Shown: piece by piece, positions 19,560 through 26,707 of the stretch
Layout of the letters: each line of letters starts with the position of its first letter
Position numbering within the stretch: the first letter of the stretch is position 1
Translations under genes and position numbers: made by a program
Notes under the pieces: generated by a model
What the model was told of the DNA's origin: nothing
Seen by the model: the letters and a program-made list of their open reading frames with translations, nothing else
Databases searched by the model: none
NCBI GenBank assembly: GCA_947307285.1
Contig: CAMZIS010000001.1
Coordinates: forward strand, 1-27,632
Length of the DNA stretch: 27,632 nucleotides
Direction: 5' to 3'
Origin: an uncultured Peptococcaceae bacterium
GTDB lineage: Bacteria; Bacillota; Dehalobacteriia; UBA4068

Positions 19560-20456
19560 TTAGTGGCGGCGGCTTACGAAAAAGGGCGGGAAAGCCCTGA
19601 GGGTGTCGGCTTCCGCTCCGAATACCGCCAGAGCGGCAACTGCGGCCTCTGCTTCCGCCTCCGCCTGGCGACGGGCCTCGTCGCAGCCCAGCAGGGAGGC
19701 AAAGGTGACCAGGCCCCGTTCTTCGTCGCTGCCGGCGGGCTTGCCCAAGGTAGCGTCGTCCCCTTCCACGTCCAGCACGTCGTCGATGATCTGGAAAGCC
19801 AGACCGGCGTGAAGACCGTAATCGTCCAGCGCCTGAAGCTTTTCCCCGTCCGCTCCGGCAAGGAGACCGGCGGCTTTCACGGCGGCGATGAGCAGGGCCG
19901 AAGTCTTGCCGCGGCTGATATATTCCAGCAGGCCCTGATCCACGGGCCGGGTCATGTTGTCCCATTCCGCGGCCTGGCCGGCCACCATGCCGCCCAGACC
20001 GGAACGGAGCGCTATCTCCCGCACCGCGGCCAGCTGACGTTCCGGAGCCGCTCCGGGCAGGGGCCGTGAGAGCACGGCAAAGGCGTGGATGAACAGGCCG
20101 TCGCCGGCCAGCAGGGCCATGGCCGGACCGTAGACCTTATGGCAGGAGGGACGGCCCCGACGCAGGTCGTCGTCGTCCATCTCCGGCATGTCGTCATGGA
20201 TGAGGGAGGCGGTGTGGATCATCTCCAGAGCAGCCGCCACGTCGAGATAAGCGTCCCGTTTCGCCCCGCAGGCCTCCAGCGCGGCGAAAAAGAGGGCCGG
20301 ACGCAGGCGTTTGCCCCCGCCGAACAGGCTGTAGCGCATGGCGAAATAGATGGCGGCCTCCGGCGAGATCTGGCGCATGGGCAGCAGGCGGTCCAGGGCC
20401 TGCTCCACGTCGCGGGAGGCTTCGGCCAGATAGGACTGCAGTTCCTTTTCGTTCAC
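19560..20456 (-). CDS. ispA: Farnesyl/geranylgeranyl diphosphate synthase
   Basis: GGKRLRP, LIHDDMPEMDDDDLRRGRP, GKT, FQIIDDVLD. Confidence 0.95.
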   Translation of the reverse strand: MNEKELQSYLAEASRDVEQALDRLLPMRQISPEAAIYFAMRYSLFGGGKRLRPALFFAALEACGAKRDAYLDVAAALEMIHTASLIHDDMPEMDDDDLRRGRPSCHKVYGPAMALLAGDGLFIHAFAVLSRPLPGAAPERQLAAVREIALRSGLGGMVAGQAAEWDNMTRPVDQGLLEYISRGKTSALLIAAVKAAGLLAGADGEKLQALDDYGLHAGLAFQIIDDVLDVEGDDATLGKPAGSDEERGLVTFASLLGCDEARRQAEAEAEAAVAALAVFGAEADTLRAFPPFFVSRRH

Positions 20457-20659
20457 TGTTCGTCCTCCTTCTCTCCGGCCTCAGGCTGCAGGCGGGCGGA
20501 AGCCTCGTCCAGCCGTTCCCGGCAGGACCGGGCCAGCTCTACCCCTTCGGCGTAGAGCTTGAGCATCTCGTCCAGGCTCAGCTCATCCTGCTCCAGACGC
20601 TGCACCGTCTCTTCCAGACGGCCCAGCTGTTCCTCGAAAGTCTTGCCTTTTCTTGCCAT
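20453..20659 (-). CDS. xseB: Exodeoxyribonuclease VII small subunit
   Basis: TFEEQLGRLEETVQRLE..ELSLDE...YAEG; located between xseA and ispA. Confidence 0.93.
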   Translation of the reverse strand: MARKGKTFEEQLGRLEETVQRLEQDELSLDEMLKLYAEGVELARSCRERLDEASARLQPEAGEKEDEQ

Positions 20660-21871
20660 TTAATCCTCCTCCGTATGCTCTATCCTGGCCCGGGCCCTGC
20701 CCTGAGCCAGGCGTATATCCACTGTCTGCCCGATCGCAAGCCGGGCGGCGTCCCGCACCGCCCTGCCCTCACAGCTCACCACGGCGTAGCCGCGGTTCAG
20801 GGTCTGCAGGGGGCTCAACAGCTCCAGACGGGCAGCGAGAGCGCTCAACTCCGTTTCCGCCTGCCGCAGACGCTGCTCCGCGCTGCGGTGCAGGGCCTGC
20901 TCCGCCCGGTCCAGCCTGTGCCGAGGCCGTTCTAAAAAGACGGCGGGCCGGGTCAGCGCCGGCCGCCCGCTCAGGGAGCGCAGCCGTTCTTCCCGTTGTT
21001 TCAGCCCCCGCATCAGGGCTTCACCCAGCCGCCGTTCATAACCGCCGATCAGATCCAGCAAGGCCGCCGTTTCCGGCACCGCCATGGAAGCGGCGTGAGT
21101 GGGCGTGGCCGCCCGCACGTCGGCCGCCAGATCGCACAGAGAAAAGTCGCTTTCGTGGCCTACGGCGCTGATCACCGGCGTAGAAAGAGAGGCGACGGCC
21201 CGGGCCACGGCTTCGCTGTCAAAGGCGGACAGGTTCTCGCCGGCGCCGCCGCCGCGGCCGCAGATCAGCACGTCGTGACCGCCCCGGTCCGCCTTCATCA
21301 GGGCGGCGGCCAGGGATTCCGGCGCGTTCACGCCCTGCACCAAAGCAGGATAGACCGTGATCTTCGTGGAAGGCTGGCGGCTCAAAATGATGCGCTGCAT
21401 ATCGGCCAGGGCCGCGCTGTCGGGGGCGGTAATAATGCCCACGCTGCGGGCGAAGGCGGGCAGCGGCTTTTTGCGGCTCACGTCGAACAGGCCTTCCGCC
21501 TGCAGTTTGGCCTTTAATTCCTCCCGGGCCCGGGCCAGAGCGCCCGCGCCGGCCGGCAGGATGGTCTCGGCGTAGAGCTGGCAGGCGCCGTCCCGTTCGA
21601 ACAGGGCCACCCGGCCCACCACCACCACCTGCTCCCCGTCCCGGGGCGTCCAGCGCAGGGACGAGGCGTAGCTGCGGAACATCACCGTTTTCAGGCCGCA
21701 GTTCTCTTCCCTGAGGGTGAAGTAGACGTGTCCCGAGCTGTGACGCTTGAAGCCGGAGACCTCGCCGCTGACGGCCAGGGAGGACAAAAAGGCGTCTTCC
21801 GCCAGGTATTCTTTAAGATAGTAGGTTATTTCCGACACCCCGTAGACCCGGGGCCGTACCGTTTCAGCCAT
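20660..21871 (-). CDS. xseA: Exodeoxyribonuclease VII large subunit
   Basis: GEVSGFKRHSSGHVYFTL, RGGG, ISAVGHESD, TPTHAA, LNRGYAV. Start ATG 21871 with AGGAGG SD. Confidence 0.96.
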   Translation of the reverse strand: MAETVRPRVYGVSEITYYLKEYLAEDAFLSSLAVSGEVSGFKRHSSGHVYFTLREENCGLKTVMFRSYASSLRWTPRDGEQVVVVGRVALFERDGACQLYAETILPAGAGALARAREELKAKLQAEGLFDVSRKKPLPAFARSVGIITAPDSAALADMQRIILSRQPSTKITVYPALVQGVNAPESLAAALMKADRGGHDVLICGRGGGAGENLSAFDSEAVARAVASLSTPVISAVGHESDFSLCDLAADVRAATPTHAASMAVPETAALLDLIGGYERRLGEALMRGLKQREERLRSLSGRPALTRPAVFLERPRHRLDRAEQALHRSAEQRLRQAETELSALAARLELLSPLQTLNRGYAVVSCEGRAVRDAARLAIGQTVDIRLAQGRARARIEHTEED

Positions 21872-22799
21872 GAACGGCCTCCTGTTTCCACGCGGCCAGG
21901 CCGAGCAGGGCCACGCCGCAGGCGTTGTCGCCGGCATATTTCGGGGCGGCGAAATCCACGATCAGGGAAGCGAGTTTTTTACGGATGCGCTGATTGGCGG
22001 CCACGCCGCCGGCCAGCAGCACCTTTTGGCAGCCGGTCTGCTCCCGGGCGGCGACGATGGCCTTGGCCAGGCTCTTGGCGATATTGTCCAGCACGGCGGC
22101 GGCGATGGAGGCCGGCTCCACCCCGGCGGCTACCGCCCGTTCGGCGGCGGATTCGGGGCCGGAAAAGGAGATATGGGTCCCCTGCACGCTGCCGCTCAGG
22201 CGAAAGTCCGTAGAGGTCGCCTGCTCCGCCAGCTTTTCCAGCTCCGGCCCGGCGGGGAAAGACAGGCCCAGAGCCACGCCCACCCGGTCCACGAACTGGC
22301 CCGGGGGCAGGTCGGTATCGCCCACGGTCTCTATTTCATAGCCGGCGGGCTGGGGCTCTACCCGAAGTATCTCGCCGGTGCCGCCGGACAGGTGCAGGGC
22401 CAGAAAGGGCTCCTGCCAGGCAAGCCCGGCTGACCAGAGGGCGGCGGCGATGTGCCCCTCCTGATGGCTGGTCTGATAAAGGGGCGCGCCGTATGCCGCG
22501 GCAAGAGAGCGGGCCAGACCCAGGCCGGCCAGGAACACCGGCATATAGGAGCCCGCCACGGGACGGGGCCGAGAGGAGACGCAGACCGCCTGCGGCTCCA
22601 GCGGGCCGATCTCCGCGGCCAGCTCCTCCATGAGCTCCGGCAGCTGCTTGACGTGGCAGAACAGGGCCTCGCTCTGGCGCAGCCCTGACAGGCCTTTTTC
22701 GACCGGCAAAAGCCGCCTCTTTTCACAAAGAAGGCGGCCTGCAGGATCGAACACGGCAAGGGATGTGGTGTAGCAACTGGTGTCGACGCCGATTATCAT
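21864..22799 (-). CDS. TsaD/Kae1 (peptidase M22-like) family paralogue
   Basis: IGVDTSCYTTS, SHQEGH, HLSGG, GGVAAN, GDNA; diverged from canonical TsaD elsewhere. Confidence 0.85.
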   Translation of the reverse strand: MIIGVDTSCYTTSLAVFDPAGRLLCEKRRLLPVEKGLSGLRQSEALFCHVKQLPELMEELAAEIGPLEPQAVCVSSRPRPVAGSYMPVFLAGLGLARSLAAAYGAPLYQTSHQEGHIAAALWSAGLAWQEPFLALHLSGGTGEILRVEPQPAGYEIETVGDTDLPPGQFVDRVGVALGLSFPAGPELEKLAEQATSTDFRLSGSVQGTHISFSGPESAAERAVAAGVEPASIAAAVLDNIAKSLAKAIVAAREQTGCQKVLLAGGVAANQRIRKKLASLIVDFAAPKYAGDNACGVALLGLAAWKQEAVHG

Positions 22800-23473
22800 C
22801 TGTCCTCACCCTGTTTTTCTTTTATCTCGTACTTGTAGATGTTGTCCAGCATCCCGTTGACGAAAGCGGAGCTGTCTTCGGCGCTGAACTTTTTGGCCAG
22901 CTCCACGGCTTCGTTGATCACCACCGTGGGAGCGGCGCCGCCGGTAAGCAGCTCGGCGAGGGCCAGGCGCAGGATGGCAAGATCCACCGCAGGGAAACGG
23001 TCAGGCGACCAGTCCCTGGCGTAAGCTGCCAGCAGCCGATCGCATTCCTCCCGCCGGTCGTAGGCCTGACGGGCCAGCTCCAGGGCATAGACGGCGCCGT
23101 GGCAGTCCAGGCCGGCGTCCCGCAGGATGTTACGTGCAAAGGACCAGCCGCCTTCAGCATCGGAACCGCTGGTGGCGGCGAACAGCAACAGCAAAGCAGC
23201 CTCCCTGCTGCGGCGGCGGGGAGAAGAGGACAGGTCCTTGTAGTCCTCGGCGTTGAAGGCAGCGAAGGCGGCGGCGGTGGCCGCATCGGCTGCTGCGGCG
23301 GCTTCGCTTTCATAGTCGTCGATAGCCTTTTGCGTTTTCGGCTTGCGGCCCCGCTTTTTTACGGGCGGATCTTCCGTCTGGGGCAGAGAAAAGCTGATGA
23401 CGCGGCGGCCCGGAGCGGGCTCCGGCATGCGCTCGACAAAGCGGTCTTCCTCTGCGCTGGGTTCTTTATTCAT
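22796..23473 (-). CDS. nusB: Transcription antitermination factor NusB with long N-terminal extension
   Basis: RRRSREAA, DLAILRLA, VVINEAVELAKKFS, FVNGMLD. About 85 extra residues precede the NusB domain. Confidence 0.93.
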   Translation of the reverse strand: MNKEPSAEEDRFVERMPEPAPGRRVISFSLPQTEDPPVKKRGRKPKTQKAIDDYESEAAAAADAATAAAFAAFNAEDYKDLSSSPRRRSREAALLLLFAATSGSDAEGGWSFARNILRDAGLDCHGAVYALELARQAYDRREECDRLLAAYARDWSPDRFPAVDLAILRLALAELLTGGAAPTVVINEAVELAKKFSAEDSSAFVNGMLDNIYKYEIKEKQGEDR

Positions 23474-23681
23474 TATGCGAAGAGTCCTTCCCGCCGGATT
23501 CCCGGGCCCGTTTGTCGATCATCAGACCGCCCCATACGCCCAGAGCGATGCAGGCGAAGAGGAACAGGGTCTTGAAGAAGCCGTAGGAGATGACGCTGAC
23601 CGCGAAGATCAGCGCGCCGACGGCCAGACCGACGGTCCATTTGTGGCGTTTGAGCAGTTCAAGCAGATTCTTGTCGTCCAT
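23466..23681 (-). CDS. Small integral membrane protein (DUF2273-like)
   Basis: 71 aa, two hydrophobic helices with YGFFKTLFL; usual amaP-DUF2273-nusB position. Confidence 0.8.
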   Translation of the reverse strand: MDDKNLLELLKRHKWTVGLAVGALIFAVSVISYGFFKTLFLFACIALGVWGGLMIDKRARESGGKDSSHNE

Positions 23682-23684
23682 GGA

Positions 23685-24248
23685 TCAACCCTCCTGCCGG
23701 TCGGCGACCTTGACTACCTGCACCCTGACCCGGCGCGGCACCACGCCGGTCATGGCGGTCACCTGCTCGTTCACGGCCTGGCGCACGGCGGCGCCCACCG
23801 CGGGCAGGGCCTCGTCCGTAGGCACGGTCACGTTCAGGTCGATGTTCAGGCCGTCGTTGACCACAGCCAGATTGGTGTTGAGGCCCTTGACCTGAGGCAC
23901 GCTGTTGGCGGCCCGGCGCACCACGTTGTCGATGGCGGACAGGGAGATCTCGATCTCGTTGCCCTCTTCGGTGGCCACCTTGATGCGGTTGGCCTTCTTG
24001 GTGCGGGAAAAGGCCACGATGAACAGGAGCACGGCCAGGATCACCAGCACGGCGAAGGCGACGATGGGCTGCCACAGATGGCGGCTTTCCACGAAGATCT
24101 GCTTCAGATTATAGACCAGGCAGCGGTCCAGATAATCCACGGCCCGCTGACCGAATTCGTGGTCGATCAGGGCCAGCGCAGTGACGGCGGCGGCGGCCAG
24201 GGACAGCAGACCGCCCAGAGCCACCAGAACTCTGCGTAAACTTTCCAT
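23685..24248 (-). CDS. amaP: Alkaline shock response membrane anchor protein AmaP
   Basis: Two N-terminal TM segments plus GEIEIS..AIDNVV-type Asp23-like C-terminal domain; follows asp23. Confidence 0.82.
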   Translation of the reverse strand: MESLRRVLVALGGLLSLAAAAVTALALIDHEFGQRAVDYLDRCLVYNLKQIFVESRHLWQPIVAFAVLVILAVLLFIVAFSRTKKANRIKVATEEGNEIEISLSAIDNVVRRAANSVPQVKGLNTNLAVVNDGLNIDLNVTVPTDEALPAVGAAVRQAVNEQVTAMTGVVPRRVRVQVVKVADRQEG

Positions 24249-24281
24249 TTGGGTACTCCCCTTTCTGTGAAAACGGCCGCG

Positions 24282-24427
24282 CGGTCTCCCCGCGACCGGG
24301 ATGAGGCAACGGAAGCGGCTGCGCTATACGCCTTTACCGCAGCAGGAAGACCTGCCGCGGTAAGCGTCGGACTGCAGCCGGCTCCGGGCTGCCAAACATG
24401 GGCCGGCAGAAAGCCGGCCCTTATTTT
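24282..24427. other. Cluster of four hairpins in the asp23-amaP spacer (candidate structured RNA)
   Basis: Stems 24282-24298, 24316-24380 (compound), 24374-24392 and 24400-24420, read directly from the sequence. Confidence 0.6.
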
Positions 24428-24431
24428 CGAA

Positions 24432-24845
24432 TCATTCGGCGGGAGCTTCTTCGGCCGGGGCGGGTTCCGGTTCGGGGAAGGCAACGCCCTGCACGTGGAC
24501 GTTGACTTCGCGGCAGGCCAGGCCGGTCATGCTTTCCACGGTGGCCTTAACGCCTTCCTGCACCTGCTTGGCCACCTCGCCGATGGCCACGCCGTACTTG
24601 ACGATGACGTAGATATCCAAAGCGGCGTCGTTTTCGTTGACGTCCACCTTGACGCCCTTGGTCATCTGCTTGCGGCCCAACATCTGGGCCAGGCCGGAGG
24701 TGATACCGCCGCTCATGCCGGCCACGCCGGGGATCTCGGAGGCGGCCATGCTGGCGATGGTGGCGACCACGTCGGAGGCGATGCGGATGGCGCCGACGCT
24801 GTTTTCTTCGGTAGTTTCGATGATCTTTTCTTCGTTTTCTGTCAT
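24432..24845 (-). CDS. Asp23/Gls24 family protein (YqhY-like)
   Basis: GAIRIASDVVATIA, EIPGVAGM, KGVKV, IDIYVIVKYG-like, VNVHVQGV; AGGAGG SD. Confidence 0.92.
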   Translation of the reverse strand: MTENEEKIIETTEENSVGAIRIASDVVATIASMAASEIPGVAGMSGGITSGLAQMLGRKQMTKGVKVDVNENDAALDIYVIVKYGVAIGEVAKQVQEGVKATVESMTGLACREVNVHVQGVAFPEPEPAPAEEAPAE

Positions 24846-24905
24846 TTTTTCTTCCTCCTTATTTCAATGGAGCACAGAAATAATCAGCACTATATAGATA
24901 GTTTT

Positions 24906-24934
24906 ATTATATCAGAAGGATCATCGATTTACAA
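24906..24934 (-). promoter_or_regulatory. Sigma-A promoter for asp23-amaP-nusB-xseAB-ispA
   Basis: TTGTAA-17 nt-TATAAT with TG extension; the -35 lies inside the last codons of spoIIIAH. Confidence 0.82.
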
Positions 24935-25514
24935 TAATAACATTCTCAAAACTGACGCCGCAGCATTCTGCCGTCACATTGGCGATTCGGGAGGCGTCCG
25001 CAGCGGTCAGCTCCAGGTCGCAGATGACGGTGGCCTGTTCGCCGCTGACCAGCACCACGGTCTCGCCGAAGCCCCGGGCCCGCAGCAGGCTTTCCGCTGC
25101 GGCTTCGTTTTCGATAGCCCGGGATACAGCCAGCTTCCGCTGTTCCGCCTCGCTTTTCGCCTCCTCGCTGGCAGCCGGATCGGCCATGATCTCCTGCAAC
25201 AGGGCCAGTTCCTCTTCGCGGCTGCTCTCCCGCTCCAGCCGGTAGGCGGCGAACAGGGCCTCCGCTTCCTCGGCCTCCGTCCTCTGCTCTACCTCCTCCT
25301 CCTTTTCCTGCTCCGCGGCCTGAGGCAGGGCGTTCACATCCACCGCGGGCTGCTCCAGGGTAAGCCCTCCGGTCGCGCCGTTGGCGCTGATATCCCAATA
25401 GGCGATACCCGCGCAGATGAGGGCGAACACCAGCAGGCCCAGGCGGGCGGGCCGCAGGCTGCGCCGCTGTTTCTCACCGGTCTCGCGCTTGCTTTTGGTC
25501 CAGCCAAACATCAT
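24921..25514 (-). CDS. spoIIIAH: Stage III sporulation protein AH-like
   Basis: One TM segment, FAAYRLERE..R, E.LLRARGFGETVV, ring-building-motif-like C-terminus. ATG overlaps the spoIIIAG stop. Confidence 0.88.
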   Translation of the reverse strand: MMFGWTKSKRETGEKQRRSLRPARLGLLVFALICAGIAYWDISANGATGGLTLEQPAVDVNALPQAAEQEKEEEVEQRTEAEEAEALFAAYRLERESSREEELALLQEIMADPAASEEAKSEAEQRKLAVSRAIENEAAAESLLRARGFGETVVLVSGEQATVICDLELTAADASRIANVTAECCGVSFENVIIVNR

Positions 25515-26077
25515 AAAACATCGCTCCCTTCTCCTTCGATGACTGCGATCTGACTCGTTTTCAGTCCCAGCAGGCTTTTGACAGCCGCGTAGAGCCGTTC
25601 CCTGACCTGGGGGTCGCCTGCCCCTTCCGCCACCACCACCACGCCCCGGACCGCAGCGGCCTCCTGCCGTACCAGCAGGGGTTGATCCCCCACCGTGGCC
25701 ACGCTGACCCGGCGGCCTTCGCTGAGCTGCTCGCCTTCCCCGTCCGTCCGCCGCTCGCTGGAATCCTCGCTTTCCGTGGCGTAGACCGCGGCGCTGCCGG
25801 CGCTGTACCAAACCGCCACCCGCACCCGGCCTGCGCCCTTGACCTGGGAGAGGATAGCTTCCAGCTCCCGTTGGAGCAGGTCCTCCGACACGGCGGCGGA
25901 AACGGCGGCGGGCTGCTCCGCTGCCTTTTCCTCAGCCCCTTCCGCAGGCCAGAGCCGGACCAGGCTGAGCAGGGCCACGCCTAAGGCCAGCGCCAGCAGC
26001 AAGTTTTTCACTCGGCGACGGTCTTTTTCCGGCAGTTCCCGCCAGCGGTCGGCCGGCTTTTTTGTCCCTTCGTCCAT
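25511..26077 (-). CDS. spoIIIAG: Stage III sporulation protein AG
   Basis: LEAILSQVKGAGRVRV, VRGVVVVAEGAGDPQV. Start ATG 26077 with GGAGG SD. Confidence 0.92.
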   Translation of the reverse strand: MDEGTKKPADRWRELPEKDRRRVKNLLLALALGVALLSLVRLWPAEGAEEKAAEQPAAVSAAVSEDLLQRELEAILSQVKGAGRVRVAVWYSAGSAAVYATESEDSSERRTDGEGEQLSEGRRVSVATVGDQPLLVRQEAAAVRGVVVVAEGAGDPQVRERLYAAVKSLLGLKTSQIAVIEGEGSDVL

Positions 26078-26091
26078 ATGAGACCTCCCCT

Positions 26092-26595
26092 TCAGATCAG
26101 TTCGCGGCATTCCAGCCGTGCCGCGTCCAGCGAATAAAAGCCGCAGATCAGCTTTGCCGCCTCTTTTGCCCGTTCCGGCTCCGGGGACCGGATATAGAGG
26201 ACGACACGCGCCAGACCGCCCCCGTCGTCCAGCGTCACTTCGGCCCGGGCCTCCTCCACGCCGGAGACCAGCTCAGCCAGGGCCGAGATCTGGGCGGCAA
26301 GCTGCGATTCCTGTTCCCTGCGGCCTTCGTCGCGCAGCTGCCGTCCTATTTCCTCGCCCTGCTCCGCGTACAGCTCGCCCTGCTCCTGCAAAGGCGCGGC
26401 GGCCGGCACCAGCTCCGCCTTTTCGATAAGCGACGGCAGGCGGCCCAGGGGCACGGTCACGGCGGCCAGCAGGGTCAGGCCCATGACCAGCCGCACGAAG
26501 CGGGCCAGGGAGCCCGGCGGCAGCATCATTTCCAACAGTGAATAGAGCAGCAGCAACAGGATGAGACTGCACACGATCTGCAGCAAACGTTCCAT
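26092..26595 (-). CDS. spoIIIAF: Stage III sporulation protein AF
   Basis: LLEMMLPPGSLARFVRLVMGL N-terminal motif; between AE and AG; SD GAGGTG. Confidence 0.9.
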   Translation of the reverse strand: MERLLQIVCSLILLLLLYSLLEMMLPPGSLARFVRLVMGLTLLAAVTVPLGRLPSLIEKAELVPAAAPLQEQGELYAEQGEEIGRQLRDEGRREQESQLAAQISALAELVSGVEEARAEVTLDDGGGLARVVLYIRSPEPERAKEAAKLICGFYSLDAARLECRELI

Positions 26596-26707
26596 CTTCT
26601 CACCTCATCATCATGGTCACGCTGCCCGGGCGGCAGTAAGATATTCCTGCATAGTACCTGCAGCAAACCTTTTCGTTTTTCACCGCATCATCATAGTCAC
26701 GCTGCCC
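26578..26707. repeat. Imperfect direct repeat (two 50-bp copies, 80-bp period) of the spoIIIAE stop / spoIIIAF start junction
   Basis: 26578-26627 versus 26658-26707: 41/50 identical without gaps; 25/27 over the part encoding GSVTMMMR-stop. Confidence 0.92.

Noticed and set aside
26628-26672. Possible sigma-F/sigma-H promoter in the spoIIIAE-AF spacer (GTTTG-15-AGGAATATCT)
   Set aside because: Mismatches at conserved -10 positions and no GAAT for sigma-H. The sequence is better explained as decayed spoIIIAF coding DNA.
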